The position numbers were made by a program, and so were the translations under genes. Below the pieces are notes generated by a model that did not search any database, was not told where the DNA came from, and saw only the letters and a program-made list of their open reading frames with translations. A stretch of DNA of 64,000 nucleotides from Polyangiales bacterium (lineage in GTDB: Bacteria; Myxococcota_A; Polyangia; Polyangiales; Polyangiaceae): contig JBBRLQ010000008.1 of assembly GCA_038231275.1 (NCBI GenBank), positions 96,001 through 160,000 on the forward strand. Reading direction: 5' to 3'. Positions 1 through 10,185 of the stretch are shown piece by piece; the first letter of the stretch is position 1, and the number at the start of each line of letters is the position of its first letter.

Positions 1-2
1 AG

Positions 3-1280
3 TGGTGCGGTCACGCGGCAGCGCTCGAAGAGATGCTCCCGTCGGAGGCGGCCGCCACCGCGCCGCCGCCGCCCGACTACGCCGCGCAGGCGAGGCCTCC
101 GGTGGTGGTGATTCCCCCGAACGACGGGCCGCCCCGTCCTACGAAGCCGGTGCTACGAAACACCGTCGCGCGGACGCCCGAGCCGTTCGCGACGCCCGAT
201 GATCTGAGCGCGATCGCGCCCGAGCCGTTTACGTCGTCCAAAGCCCCGCGGCCGATCCCGAAGGAGCCGGAGCCGCTCACCACGGCGCCGCCTCCCCCGC
301 GCCCTCCGAGCCTGCCGCCGTCGGCGATCGGGCTCGAGACGCCGGTGCATGCCGTGCCGTCGGTTCGCAAGACGCGCGAGCAGATCCTGGACGGCGACAA
401 CGTCGAGAACCCGATCTCTCTCGAGGTCGACATGATCGCGCGCGCGCCGTCGGTGAGCGCGCGCGTCGCGGCGATCGCTGTGCCGATCATGCGCGGCCCG
501 ATGCCGACGGGACCGGATCTAGACCCCGTCGAGGTCCGGATGGTGGCGCGGTTCGGCGCCGCGCCGGAGTCGTGGTGGACGACACCGTCGTACGTGCGCC
601 ACGTCCGCGCGCGGCAGACCGAGCTCGTCGCCGAGAAGACGGCCGCCGAAGACCAGTACTTCGCCGCGAAAGGAGCGCTCGACGACGCGCTCGTGTCGAT
701 CGGGCAGCGCGCCATCGCCGAGGTCCGCAACACCAGCAAGGCCCGCGGCTCGTTCTTGAAGACGCTCGATCGCCTCGCCAAGCGCGAGGCGGAGCTGAAG
801 GCGGTGGACCCCGCGGCGATCGAAGAGTCGGAGCGCCAGCGCGAGCAGCTCCTCTCCCTGTACGAGCGCATCGAGATGGCGAAGGTGAAGCTCGCCTCCG
901 CGAAGACGAAGGAGCTCACCGCGGAGCTCGCGTCGCTGCAGCAAGAGCGCGACGCCGCGGAGCGTGCGGCCAGGACGCCGGCGATGGCCCGCGATCCCGA
1001 GGTCGAGCGGGCGCGTGGGGCGTTCCGCCTGACCTGCGCCGACTTCGCGCAGATGGTCCTCGACGATCGCACCGCGTTCGGCGAGGAGTACGAGGAGCCC
1101 CGCGCCCGCGTCGCGCGCCTCCGCAACGCGTGCGACGCGGCGGAGAAGAAGGTGCTCCTCCACCGCGCCGCGCGAGACGCGTTCGACGAGAAGGCGCTCG
1201 CGACCGGCCTTCGGGTCATGTACGGGGCCATCGGCCTCGCGGTGCTCTCGTTGGTGGTCCTGGTGCTCGCGCTCAAGTAG
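3..1280 (+). CDS. 5'-partial protein: Pro-rich region, long coiled coil, C-terminal transmembrane anchor (function unknown)
   Basis: Frame is open from the window edge. Pro-rich first third, E/K/A/R-rich heptad-like middle, hydrophobic tail YGAIGLAVLSLVVLVLALK-stop, GC3-rich codons. Confidence 0.8.
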   Translation, partial: WCGHAAALEEMLPSEAAATAPPPPDYAAQARPPVVVIPPNDGPPRPTKPVLRNTVARTPEPFATPDDLSAIAPEPFTSSKAPRPIPKEPEPLTTAPPPPRPPSLPPSAIGLETPVHAVPSVRKTREQILDGDNVENPISLEVDMIARAPSVSARVAAIAVPIMRGPMPTGPDLDPVEVRMVARFGAAPESWWTTPSYVRHVRARQTELVAEKTAAEDQYFAAKGALDDALVSIGQRAIAEVRNTSKARGSFLKTLDRLAKREAELKAVDPAAIEESERQREQLLSLYERIEMAKVKLASAKTKELTAELASLQQERDAAERAARTPAMARDPEVERARGAFRLTCADFAQMVLDDRTAFGEEYEEPRARVARLRNACDAAEKKVLLHRAARDAFDEKALATGLRVMYGAIGLAVLSLVVLVLALK

Positions 1281-1321
1281 GCCGAGGAAGATCCGGCGGC
1301 GGCCGCGCGTAGGACCGCACC

Positions 1322-2380
1322 GTGAGCCATCGTCTCCCTCTCGCCCTGGGCGTCTTCGTCCTCCTCGCCGCGGCGTGCTCGCTCAGCACGACGACCAACG
1401 ACGGAACGAGCGGCGGTTCCTCCTCCGGGAGCACGGGCGCGAGCGGCGGAACCAGCGGCGCGTCCTCGGGAGCCAGCGGAACGAGCGGGGCGAGCGGCAC
1501 CTCCGGAACGAGCGGCGCTTCGGGAACCAGCGGGACGAGCGGCACCTCCGGAACGAGCGGCGCTTCGGGAACCAGCGGGACGAGCGGCGCCTCCGGAGAC
1601 GCGGGCTCCGACGCCGCGGGCGGCGTCGTCAAGAAGGGCAACCTCACGGTCAACCAGACGGTGACGCACGCCGGAGGCAACGACTACTACAGCGCGTACG
1701 CCTTCGCCTCGTTCTACCAGTACGATCCGAAGGCGGGCGGAGGCGTCTGCACCGTGGCGACCACCGGCGCGTGCACGGTGACCACGTGCAACCTCGGCGG
1801 CGGGACGTCCGACGCGGGCGCCGTCACCTACCCGAACGCCGGCACGATCACGGTCACCACTCCCGCGCCTGCGACCTTCACGCTCACGCCGACGAACACG
1901 TACGGGACGTACACCACGCCGGTCGTTCAGACTCGCATCTGGACCGCCGGCGACACCGTGACCGCCAGCGCGACCGGCGCCGACGCGCCCGCGTTCGCCG
2001 GGAAGACGGTCACCGCGCCGAGCGACATCGTCGTGACCGCGCCCGTCTTCGACTCGGCGGCGCACACCACGCTCTCGCGCGCGAGCGACTTCGGCGTCGC
2101 GTGGTCGGGCGGCAGCACCGGCAACGTGCAGGTCACGGTGGGGACGTCGCAGCTCGGCGTGCGCTCGGTCTCCGCTGTGTGCGTGTTCTCCGCGGCGAGC
2201 GGCGCCGGCGCCGTCCCGGCCAGCGTCATGGGCCAGCTCGACAAGGCCGACGGATCGAGCATCTACGGATCGATCGTCGTCGTCCCGCAGATCGACGCGC
2301 CGTTCAAGGACGGCGACTGGGACGTGACCCTCCGCGCGAGCGCAGGCGGCAAGAACGGCCTCTTCAGCGCCACCGACTGA
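1322..2380 (+). CDS. Lipoprotein with Gly/Ser/Thr repeat linker and beta-rich (Ig-like?) C-terminal domain
   Basis: Signal peptide with lipobox LLAAAC, (GTSGASGTS)n linker, Thr-rich beta-type C-terminal region. Confidence 0.85.
   Translation: MSHRLPLALGVFVLLAAACSLSTTTNDGTSGGSSSGSTGASGGTSGASSGASGTSGASGTSGTSGASGTSGTSGTSGTSGASGTSGTSGASGDAGSDAAGGVVKKGNLTVNQTVTHAGGNDYYSAYAFASFYQYDPKAGGGVCTVATTGACTVTTCNLGGGTSDAGAVTYPNAGTITVTTPAPATFTLTPTNTYGTYTTPVVQTRIWTAGDTVTASATGADAPAFAGKTVTAPSDIVVTAPVFDSAAHTTLSRASDFGVAWSGGSTGNVQVTVGTSQLGVRSVSAVCVFSAASGAGAVPASVMGQLDKADGSSIYGSIVVVPQIDAPFKDGDWDVTLRASAGGKNGLFSATD
1491..1597 (+). repeat. Perfect 45-bp intragenic tandem duplication plus partial third copy, encoding SGTSGTSGASGTSGT
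   Basis: 1491-1535 is identical to 1536-1580 (cgagcggcacctccggaacgagcggcgcttcgggaaccagcggga); near-match continues to 1597. Confidence 0.9.
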
Positions 2381-2400
2381 TCGGACCCGACGTCGCGTCC

Positions 2401-5400
2401 TCAGGGCTTGGTGCTCTGGACAGTTACCGCCGCCATGAACTCGCACGAGTGATCGACGAGGCACTGGTGCCCGACCGGGCGCGTCAGGTAGAGGACGTCC
2501 TGTCCGTTCGTCGCGATGAATCGCGTGATGAGCCCGAGCGCGTACTGCTGCGGGTCCCACACCGAGCACGCGCCGCCCGACCAGCCGTGCACGCCGCGCG
2601 GGTCGGAGTACATGTGGAGCTGCGCCATGATCGGCGGCCCCGCGGTCCATCCTTTGCCATTGAACGCCGGCGCGGCGAGGCGCGGCTCCCACACGCGATC
2701 GAGCGCCGCGACGTCCGCGACCGCGAGATCGGCGCGACGCGCGAGGCGAAGCGGCTTCGCGAGGTGCTGCTGATCGAAGGGCAGTTTCCCCTCGCTCACC
2801 CAGTCGACGTCGAAGAGCGCCCCCTTGCACACCGACGCGTCGATCGTGTCTTTGCAGTCGGGCGCAACGATCACGTTCGCCTTGCACGACGGGCCGGCGG
2901 GCGTGCGGTTCAGGCGGCCGATGCCCTCGGTCATGTACGTGTCGATGAGCACCTGGTTCGGCGTCCGGTTCCCGAGCTCCGCGTAGAGCGACGGCGGCGC
3001 GCAGTACTCGCGGTACTCCGGGTAGCGCGTTGCGAACTCCGGCGGTAAGAACGGCACCATCCCGGCCGCGCGACCGAACGCGATCTCGGTGTGCGCGGCG
3101 ACGTAGTTGTCGCCGACGCTCGGCATGTTGAGGACGGGCCGCGGCGGACGCGTCGTTCCATCCGGTGTCACGAGCGGCTTCATCATGAAGTACGGCGCGA
3201 AGTTGATCGGATCGGCCGGGTCGAGCACCGCCTGCCCGAGCGCGAAGAATCGACGAAACAGCGGCGATTGCCGGACGAGGCCGAGGCCCTCCTGAGGCGC
3301 GACGAGCTTGCTCCCCACCGGAAAAAACTTGTCGGTGAACTGCGCGCAGCCGTCGTCGCCGGTGCACGTCGCGTCGCCGGCCACTTGACCGGGCGTCGGC
3401 GCGCGCTGCTCGAAGGTCGCGATGCGGCGCCCGACCGGCGCGTCGGGGCGCAGCGCGCAGGTGCCGTACGAGACGACGGCGTGCGCCTGCGGGTAGATCT
3501 GGAGATCGAGCGCGTCGCCGATGCTCGCGGGGACTGGCACGCGGAAATGCCCGAGCGCGTCGGTCGTGCCCGCGCAGCGCACCTCACCGGTCGTCACGTT
3601 CACGAGGCGCACGGTCATCGCGCCGCCGAGCTCGTCCGGGTGCAGGCACGCGATCTCGATTTCGGGGCTGTCGCGACCGTCGTTGACGACGAAGCGCACC
3701 GAGCGATCGTCGCCTCCGCAGTTGGTCTGCTTGTTGGTGCCGCTCGGCGGGCGCTCGGAGGCCGGCACCGCGACGACGATCGGCGTGAGCGACTGCTCCA
3801 TGACCGCGTTGGCGACGCCGTACGATCGCAGCGCGATCTCCGTGAGCCCGCCGCCGCCGACCACAGGGACCAGCGTCTCCAGCTTGTGATCCACGCCGCC
3901 CAGGATCTGCGTCACGATCCCGCCCAGCGAGCCGCCGAGCGCGCTGATGGGTCCGCCGACGTCCGGCGTGCCGTTCGCGTCGAAATCGCCCGCGAGCTCG
4001 GGCTTTCCGTCGCCGTCGAGATCCTGATCGCCGCGCGCCACGCCGTCGAACGACGCGATGATGCGCGACATCTGCATCGAGTCCAAGATCCCCTGGCGCA
4101 CGTTGTCGCGGACGTGGAAGAGGTGCGGCGTCCACCACCACCAGCCGGAATCCTTGGTGCCGTCGCCGTTCACGTCTTGCGCGCGGCCGCTCATGACCGC
4201 GTCGGCGAGCGGCGCGTAGCACATGCCAGACAGGGCGCCGCGCACGATGGCCTCTTGCCCGGGCGGCAGGCCCATCCCATGGTGCGGCATGTCGATGGTG
4301 ACCGACGCGATCCCCTGACGCGCGAGCTCGCCGCCGAACGAGATCACGTTCTCGGATTGCCCGCCGTAGCCGTGCCCCTCGATCGTGATCGGGAAGGGCT
4401 GCTTGTGGCCAGGTGTCTCCTTGGGGACGACCATCCAGAAGTGCACCTTGTCGTGACCGACCTCGCCCTCGCCGGTCTTGAAGTTCACGTGGAACCGATC
4501 GTCTGCCCCCTCGTGCGCGGGATCGCCGATGAGGTAGGGCGACTCGAAGTCGCCGATGATGACGTGGTCGATGTGCGAGAGGCTCTCGACGAGCGCCGCG
4601 TTGTCGCGCGCGCTGCCGCCTCCGACCTTGCCGAGGATGTCGGTGAATTGCTTCAGCACGCTGGGATCGCCGAGATCGAACACGTAGGGCTTCGTCGCCG
4701 GCACCGCGCACTTCGGATCGGCCTGCCATCCCGCAGGCTGCGCCTCGCCGCCGCCGACCTGCCCGGCCGCGCTCGCGACCAGGACCTTCGGCGGGAACTG
4801 CGTGGCGAAGCGTGCGAACGGGCCCTTGCCGTAGAGCCCGTCGCGGAGCAGGCGCAAGTCTTCCTGTGTGGGTTGCGTCGTGAACGTCCAGGTGAACGCA
4901 ACATGGTCGAGGCCGGTGCCGGCCAGATCGCCGAAGTACGCCGAGTGCCGCGCGTCGTTGAGCGCGCCGCGCAGGCGGTCGGCGCCGTTTTTTTGCTGCG
5001 GGTGGTGCACGTACTCGAACGGTGAGAGCACCGGGCGATGATCGGCGCCGAGCAGGCGATCGGTGAAGACGACGGCGTACTCGGTCTTCTCGTCCATCGG
5101 CACCAGCGGCCGCAAGATGAGCGTGTCGGTCTCGCGCTCGTACCAGGTGAGGAGGTTGTCGTACGTGTCGATGCCGGCGGCGCCGAGCGTGTTGGGGTGA
5201 TCGAGCACGCCGTCGAAGTCGAGGTCGAGATCGGGGCGGTACTGCGCTTGCGTGAGGCCGGCGCCCTCTTCGCGCGTCTCGAAGAGGAGGTTCGAGTCCT
5301 TCGCGTGCGGATCGTTCGCCCAGTAGAGGCCCGGCTCGCGGAGGACGGCCTGCAAGCTGCCCGAGCCCATGTCGAGCACGACGGGCACGCCGGTGGTCAG

Positions 5401-5856
5401 GTTGACGAGGTAGACCGGATCGTCCGCGAAATCGAAATCGCCGCGCGGCATGCGCCTCCGGACCTCGCCCAGGTCGAGCGCGGCGTCGCGCGGATCGGCG
5501 TTGGGGCTCTTGTCGAACGACGCCCAGATCGGCGCGTATGTCCCCCACCCCTCGAGATCGTTGAGCCCGCCTCGGGCCATGCGCTCCATGTTGGTCGGCG
5601 CGACGAGGCTCACGTTCACGCGGAGCCCGGTGCGGCTCGTCGGATCGGGGAACGTGGCGATGTCGTTCGGGAGCGGGACCTCGGGGAGCGGGCGACGCGA
5701 GGTGTCGAAGACGACGCGCGCGCCGGGGCCGCTCGGCGTTCGACGGAGACCGACCGGCGCGGAGTCCACGGCACACGCCGCGAAGGCCAGCGCCGCGGAG
5801 GCGACGAGCGCCAGCCGGGGCAGAGAAGAACGACGCGAAATCACGTGCTGTTTCAT
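2401..5856 (-). CDS. Large lipoprotein alpha/beta-hydrolase (extracellular lipase/esterase-like) with N-terminal Ig-like region
   Basis: 1151 aa, lipobox FAAC, GHGYGG oxyanion-type motif, nucleophile elbow GGSLGG, several DxDxDG Ca-binding-like loops. Confidence 0.75.
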   Translation of the reverse strand: MKQHVISRRSSLPRLALVASAALAFAACAVDSAPVGLRRTPSGPGARVVFDTSRRPLPEVPLPNDIATFPDPTSRTGLRVNVSLVAPTNMERMARGGLNDLEGWGTYAPIWASFDKSPNADPRDAALDLGEVRRRMPRGDFDFADDPVYLVNLTTGVPVVLDMGSGSLQAVLREPGLYWANDPHAKDSNLLFETREEGAGLTQAQYRPDLDLDFDGVLDHPNTLGAAGIDTYDNLLTWYERETDTLILRPLVPMDEKTEYAVVFTDRLLGADHRPVLSPFEYVHHPQQKNGADRLRGALNDARHSAYFGDLAGTGLDHVAFTWTFTTQPTQEDLRLLRDGLYGKGPFARFATQFPPKVLVASAAGQVGGGEAQPAGWQADPKCAVPATKPYVFDLGDPSVLKQFTDILGKVGGGSARDNAALVESLSHIDHVIIGDFESPYLIGDPAHEGADDRFHVNFKTGEGEVGHDKVHFWMVVPKETPGHKQPFPITIEGHGYGGQSENVISFGGELARQGIASVTIDMPHHGMGLPPGQEAIVRGALSGMCYAPLADAVMSGRAQDVNGDGTKDSGWWWWTPHLFHVRDNVRQGILDSMQMSRIIASFDGVARGDQDLDGDGKPELAGDFDANGTPDVGGPISALGGSLGGIVTQILGGVDHKLETLVPVVGGGGLTEIALRSYGVANAVMEQSLTPIVVAVPASERPPSGTNKQTNCGGDDRSVRFVVNDGRDSPEIEIACLHPDELGGAMTVRLVNVTTGEVRCAGTTDALGHFRVPVPASIGDALDLQIYPQAHAVVSYGTCALRPDAPVGRRIATFEQRAPTPGQVAGDATCTGDDGCAQFTDKFFPVGSKLVAPQEGLGLVRQSPLFRRFFALGQAVLDPADPINFAPYFMMKPLVTPDGTTRPPRPVLNMPSVGDNYVAAHTEIAFGRAAGMVPFLPPEFATRYPEYREYCAPPSLYAELGNRTPNQVLIDTYMTEGIGRLNRTPAGPSCKANVIVAPDCKDTIDASVCKGALFDVDWVSEGKLPFDQQHLAKPLRLARRADLAVADVAALDRVWEPRLAAPAFNGKGWTAGPPIMAQLHMYSDPRGVHGWSGGACSVWDPQQYALGLITRFIATNGQDVLYLTRPVGHQCLVDHSCEFMAAVTVQSTKP

Positions 5857-6048
5857 GTGCGCACCCGGCAGGTCGATTTTAGAGCAAAGGCTCTAACACG
5901 GGCCCCTCGCCTCCGCCATCGCGGCGCGTGCGACGCGGCGGACGCGCGGAGGACCGGAGAGGCCGCGACGCGCACGTCGCACCGGCGCGCGATTCCTCGG
6001 GAAAAACGCCGATCCCGCGCGGGCATGGCCCCTGCTGTGGAGCGGCGC

Positions 6049-7287
6049 ATGATGGAGATCTCGCTCGGCCGGTTCGCGCTTCCCCTGCTCCTCCTCTCGT
6101 TCGCGGGGGCCGTGGGTTGCCTCGGCGACACGCTGCCGAAGGACGAGGCGGCGTCGAGCTCTGGTGGCGGGACGAGCGGCCACGCGTCGAGCGGATCGAG
6201 TGGCGGGACCAGCGGGACCAGCGGTGGAACCAGCGGAAGCTCTGGGACCAGCGGTGGCACCAGCGGGACCAGCGGTGGCACCAGTGGAAGCTCTGGGACC
6301 GCCGGCGATGGCGGTTCGGCCGGACCCGAGGCGCCGTGCACGAAGACGTCGAAGACGTACGGCTCGATGACGGCATGGGAATGCATCCCGACCGGCCTCG
6401 AAGGGAAGTCGGGGCCGCCCGCCGGCCTCGTCGTCGCGATGCACGGCTACACGCAGGGCGTCGTCGATCCCGCGTCGCCGAACAAGACGTGGGGCTTCCG
6501 TCCGACGTCGCAGTGGGCGGTGCTCGCGCAGAAGCACAAGTTCTACGTCCTCTACCCCGACCACGGCACCTCGGCGTTCCAGTGGTACGCGTACTTCGGC
6601 ACGAGCGGGATCGGGCGCACCGACCTCGAGCCGTCGCAGATCGCAGCGATGGTGAAAGACTTCCAGGCCGAGCACAACGTCGACCCCACCAAGGTCTTCG
6701 CGAACGGGCTCTCGGCCGGCGCCTTCATGACGACAGTCATGCTCGCGACCTACCCCGACGTCTTCGCCGGCGGCTCGATGTTCGAGGGCGGCGCATACGG
6801 GTGCTCGACGTCGTGCGCGGCGCTCGGCAAGAAGGGCAACGGCTGGACGTGGCCCGGCAACCACGCCGCGTCGCTCGTCACCGGCGCGTACGGGACCGTG
6901 TGGCAGAGCGCGTCCGCCAAGAAGCCACGCCTGATGGTCTTCCAGGGCGACGCCGACGGTGCCGTGACCCCCGAGAACCTCGCCGACGTGACGCAGCAGT
7001 GGAAGGGCGCCGTCGGGATCACCGACGCGGGCGCCACCAAGACGCTCAAGGGCGCGCAGTACACCGAGTACTCGAAGGACGGTCAGGTGATGCTCGCCAC
7101 GGTGCTCATGCCCGGCATCGGCCACGGCACGCCCGTCGATCCGGGCTCCGGCGCCGACCAGGGCGGATGGGATCCGAACCCCAGCAAGACCGCGTCGAGC
7201 GACACCAACACCGACCAGGACTGGACCAACACCGCCGGCATCTACGGCCCGTATTACTCGGCGAAGTTCTTCGGCCTCATCCCCTGA
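6049..7287 (+). CDS. Lipoprotein PHB-depolymerase/LpqC-family esterase
   Basis: Start re-placed at ATG 6049 (GGAG upstream). Lipobox AVGC, GTS linker, VVAMHG, ANGLSAGAFM lipase box, ATYPDVF, FQGDAD, GIGHG. Confidence 0.85.
   Translation: MMEISLGRFALPLLLLSFAGAVGCLGDTLPKDEAASSSGGGTSGHASSGSSGGTSGTSGGTSGSSGTSGGTSGTSGGTSGSSGTAGDGGSAGPEAPCTKTSKTYGSMTAWECIPTGLEGKSGPPAGLVVAMHGYTQGVVDPASPNKTWGFRPTSQWAVLAQKHKFYVLYPDHGTSAFQWYAYFGTSGIGRTDLEPSQIAAMVKDFQAEHNVDPTKVFANGLSAGAFMTTVMLATYPDVFAGGSMFEGGAYGCSTSCAALGKKGNGWTWPGNHAASLVTGAYGTVWQSASAKKPRLMVFQGDADGAVTPENLADVTQQWKGAVGITDAGATKTLKGAQYTEYSKDGQVMLATVLMPGIGHGTPVDPGSGADQGGWDPNPSKTASSDTNTDQDWTNTAGIYGPYYSAKFFGLIP
6199..6300 (+). repeat. Imperfect 51-bp tandem duplication encoding (SGGTSGTSGGTSGSSGT)x2
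   Basis: Visible in both DNA and translation of the esterase linker. Confidence 0.8.
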
Positions 7288-7315
7288 GCGATCGGCGCAG
7301 ACGCGGACCGAGGCG

Positions 7316-7726
7316 TCAACGCGGAGGCGTTGGATGCGTGCCCGGTGCGCACGGCGGAACTTCTCCGGCGGACCCGTCGAGGTAGCACGACGACAGAACG
7401 ACCAGGTGGCCGTCGGCGGTACAGTAGTAGGAGTCGTTGAGGATGTCGGAGCAGAGCCCTGCGTTGCACGCGAGGACCGTGATGCCGCCCTTGTACGGAA
7501 ACCTGCACGGGCACGAGCCTGGCCCCGCGTCGACGGGCTGGCAGTCGTAATAGGGATCGTTCGGACCCACGCCGGCCTCGCCGAACAGCGGCCCCCCGTC
7601 GGCACCCGAGCCACCGCCCTCGCCACCGGCGTCGACGGACGGGTCGAACGTGCTGGGGTGCGACGCGGTTCCACAGGCCAGCGCAAGGGCGATCGCGGAG
7701 AGGGCGGCGATCCGGCTCTTCGACAT
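7316..7726 (-). CDS. Small Cys-rich lipoprotein
   Basis: MSKSRIAALSAIALALAC lipobox from ATG 7726, DAG/DGG linker, 8 Cys in the C-terminal domain. Confidence 0.75.
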   Translation of the reverse strand: MSKSRIAALSAIALALACGTASHPSTFDPSVDAGGEGGGSGADGGPLFGEAGVGPNDPYYDCQPVDAGPGSCPCRFPYKGGITVLACNAGLCSDILNDSYYCTADGHLVVLSSCYLDGSAGEVPPCAPGTHPTPPR

Positions 7727-7880
7727 GGCGCGAACCTTACCGCGCGCACGCGCGTCCGTCTCGCGGCGAAATGCTGCTCGACGGCGCGGCGCGGACCGCA
7801 ACGTCGCCGCCGCGTCCAAGCGATCGACTCGCCCGCCGCCTCGCAAGCTCGATCGCGATGGGATCGCGTGCTCGAGGACC

Positions 7881-8693
7881 TCAGATCCTCCAGTCGCGCT
7901 TCACCTTTTCGAAGAACGACGACTCGAACACGCCGTCCACGCGGATCGAGTAGCGAAAGAACGGATCCGCTTCGACGCCGTGGTAGCCGTGATCGTTGAA
8001 CCAGTAGGCGCGCGACACCACGAAGGTCTTCTTCCTCCGCGCCTCGTCCCACAAGAAGAGTCGCTTGTTTTTCTTCGGGCACAGCGTGATGAAATGCTCC
8101 GCGCTCTCGTCCTCGGCGTCGCCGTCGTGATGGACGGTGCCGTGATGGTCGGCGTCGAGCCCGAGGATGTTGCAGCGGCCGACCACGCGAAACGGCAGGC
8201 TCTTCACGAACGCGACGAGGCGCGGGAAGTGGAGCTTGGCCTCGGCGGTGAAGTCCTTCCCCTCGCCGTTCGACTTGTCCTCCCAGCTCGTGGTCGGGAT
8301 CATTTCGTAGAAGACCTGCCACGGGAAGTAGACGCCGTAGCGGTACTTGAGGAGGAGCATCTGCTTGCGGCTGAGAGGATGCTCGCGCTCCTCGCCGAAC
8401 GCGTACTCGCGCAGGCGCGCCGGATCGAACGCGCGCGGCGCGTCGGCGAGGGACACCAACGTCCGAAGCTCGTCGTCGCTCATGCGCGCGAGGACGTGGC
8501 CGTAGTCGACGTAAGGGGCGCCTTCGAGCGACGGCGGAACGATGCCCATCGTCTTGTGGCTGCCGCCGGTGTATTCGGTCGGCACGAGCGCGAGGCCGAG
8601 CGAGATCTCGTCGTGCAGCGCCTCGAGGGCGCCGACGTCGACGTAGCGTTCGAGGTCGATGAACGGGTGCCCGGCGATGCCCCAGACCGGCAT
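7881..8693 (-). CDS. 2OG-Fe(II) oxygenase-like protein (Asp/Asn beta-hydroxylase-like cupin fold)
   Basis: HHD (HxD) ... YHGV ... RYSIR pattern matching the HxD...H triad and RxS 2OG-binding motif. Confidence 0.6.
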   Translation of the reverse strand: MPVWGIAGHPFIDLERYVDVGALEALHDEISLGLALVPTEYTGGSHKTMGIVPPSLEGAPYVDYGHVLARMSDDELRTLVSLADAPRAFDPARLREYAFGEEREHPLSRKQMLLLKYRYGVYFPWQVFYEMIPTTSWEDKSNGEGKDFTAEAKLHFPRLVAFVKSLPFRVVGRCNILGLDADHHGTVHHDGDAEDESAEHFITLCPKKNKRLFLWDEARRKKTFVVSRAYWFNDHGYHGVEADPFFRYSIRVDGVFESSFFEKVKRDWRI

Positions 8694-8730
8694 GCGGGCA
8701 GGTAGAGCACGGACCGTACCCGGCCTCGCA

Positions 8731-8745
8731 CGGCACGATTTCGGC
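8731..8745 (+). promoter_or_regulatory. Possible sigma-54 promoter upstream of the ATP-grasp operon
   Basis: CGGCACG-ATTT-CGGC gives GG-N10-GC with a good -24 box and a weak -12 box. Confidence 0.3.
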
Positions 8746-8916
8746 CGTTTTCAAGCCTCCCCAGCATCTGCCATGGCAGCGCGCCTCACCTCGCCGGCGC
8801 GGCGCGGCACGACTTGCCCCGACCCGGGCGCCGGACGCGCGCCCGCCACGACGACCTCAGGGCTTCTCTCGCGTGGCGTGTGTCTTGCTCTTTCGAAAGG
8901 GCTGCGAGGTGACGCG

Positions 8917-10185
8917 ATGGTCGACGCCGGATCGATCGCGGTCGTACGGGCTTGTCCCGGCGATCCGCTGGAAGAGAGGCCGCTCGCGCGCGAGCTGGCC
9001 GAGCGCTATTTCGTCTTCGACGCGTGCGTCGGGGGCAACCGCCGCGTGGACGTGCATCCGCTCGTCTTGTCGCCCGCGTTGCACGACGACGCCGTGCGCG
9101 CCGCGGAGGATGTCGCGCGGATGATCGGGGACGTCGCCGAGCTCGCGCACGACGACGGCGGAGAGCGCGCGCACTATGGCCTGCATCCCGACACCGCGTC
9201 CCTCGCGGCCGCGTCGTGGCGCGCCGGCGATCGCGCCTGCCTCGCGCGCGTCGATCTCTTGCTCGACGATCGCGGACGCTTCCAGGCGTGCGAGATCAAC
9301 GCGGACTGCCCGGGCGGTCACAACGAGGCGCTGGGATTGCCGCGCCTCGCGCGCGCGGCGGGCTTCGCGGACGGCACCGATCCCACACGTGTCGTCGACG
9401 CCGCGGTCGATCGGCTCGAGGAGCTCGCCGACGGCGGCGCAGTCGCCCTCGTGTACGCGACGGCGTACGCGGAGGACCTTCAGGTGTGCGCGCTCCTCGC
9501 GCGACGGCTCATGGCGCGCGGCGTCGAGGCCCTCCTGGCGCCGCCCACTGCGCTCCACGTCCGCGGCGACGAGCTGTGCTTCGGCCGCCGCCCGGTGCGC
9601 GTCCTCTACCGCTTCTTCCCGACGGAGTGGATGGCCGGTCAGCGCAACGTCGGCGACATCGCGGCGGCGGTGGCGTCGGGGCGCGTGCGAACGCTCTCGA
9701 GCTTCTCGCACATCTTCGCGCAGTCGAAGGTCGCCTTCGCCCGGGCGTGGGCGCATGGTCCGTGGCTTCATCCCGTCGATCGCGAGGTCCTCGCGGCGCG
9801 CGTTCCTTTCACCGCCGACGTGGCAACGGTTCCGGCGACGAGCCTCGTGGGCGATCGCGCGGGGTGGGTCGTCAAGCGCGCGATGGGGCGCGTCGGGGAT
9901 CAGGTCTTCGTCGGCGCGCTCTTCGGCGAGGGAGAGTGGACCGCGATCGTCGCCGACGTGATCGCCGCGCGCGCGGCCGGCGAACGCTGGCTCGCGCAGC
10001 GCTACGTGCGCCAGACGCCGCTCAACACGCCGTGGGGGCCGCGCTACGTCACCCTCGGCGCCTACGTCTTGGACGGCCGCTTCGTCGGCTATTTCGCGCG
10101 CATCACGAAGGAGACCCACGTCTCGCACGACGCGCTCTGCGTCCCCGTCTTCGTCGCACGCGGCCAGGATGGGGCGGCGCGGTGA
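8917..10185 (+). CDS. Glutathionylspermidine-synthetase-like ATP-grasp amidoligase (YgiC/YjfC-like)
   Basis: Start ATG 8917 after GAGG. RVD...CEINADCPGG, LYRFFPTEWM, QSK, WVVKRAMGRVG, LAQRYV, LGAYVL...ARI motifs. Confidence 0.85.
   Translation: MVDAGSIAVVRACPGDPLEERPLARELAERYFVFDACVGGNRRVDVHPLVLSPALHDDAVRAAEDVARMIGDVAELAHDDGGERAHYGLHPDTASLAAASWRAGDRACLARVDLLLDDRGRFQACEINADCPGGHNEALGLPRLARAAGFADGTDPTRVVDAAVDRLEELADGGAVALVYATAYAEDLQVCALLARRLMARGVEALLAPPTALHVRGDELCFGRRPVRVLYRFFPTEWMAGQRNVGDIAAAVASGRVRTLSSFSHIFAQSKVAFARAWAHGPWLHPVDREVLAARVPFTADVATVPATSLVGDRAGWVVKRAMGRVGDQVFVGALFGEGEWTAIVADVIAARAAGERWLAQRYVRQTPLNTPWGPRYVTLGAYVLDGRFVGYFARITKETHVSHDALCVPVFVARGQDGAAR

Noticed and set aside
1400-1600. 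Repeat tract as a possible CRISPR array
   Set aside because: Tandem in-frame coding repeats with no unique spacers, and no cas genes in the window.
77-3367. 1096-aa minus-strand ORF and similar very long ORFs (5893-8754, 24954-27671, 28165-31269, 32383-34752, 57684-59951)
   Set aside because: Arg/Ala-rich shadow frames overlapping well-supported genes. They are expected in high-GC DNA with few stop codons and show no motifs.
6021-6036. GGGCATGGCCCCTGCT as a sigma-54 promoter for the esterase
   Set aside because: Spacing is right but the match is weak in GC-rich DNA, and the predicted +1 would exclude the GGAG RBS.
8805-8817. CGGCACGACTTGC as a sigma-54 promoter
   Set aside because: GG-to-GC spacing is 8 nt, not the required 10.
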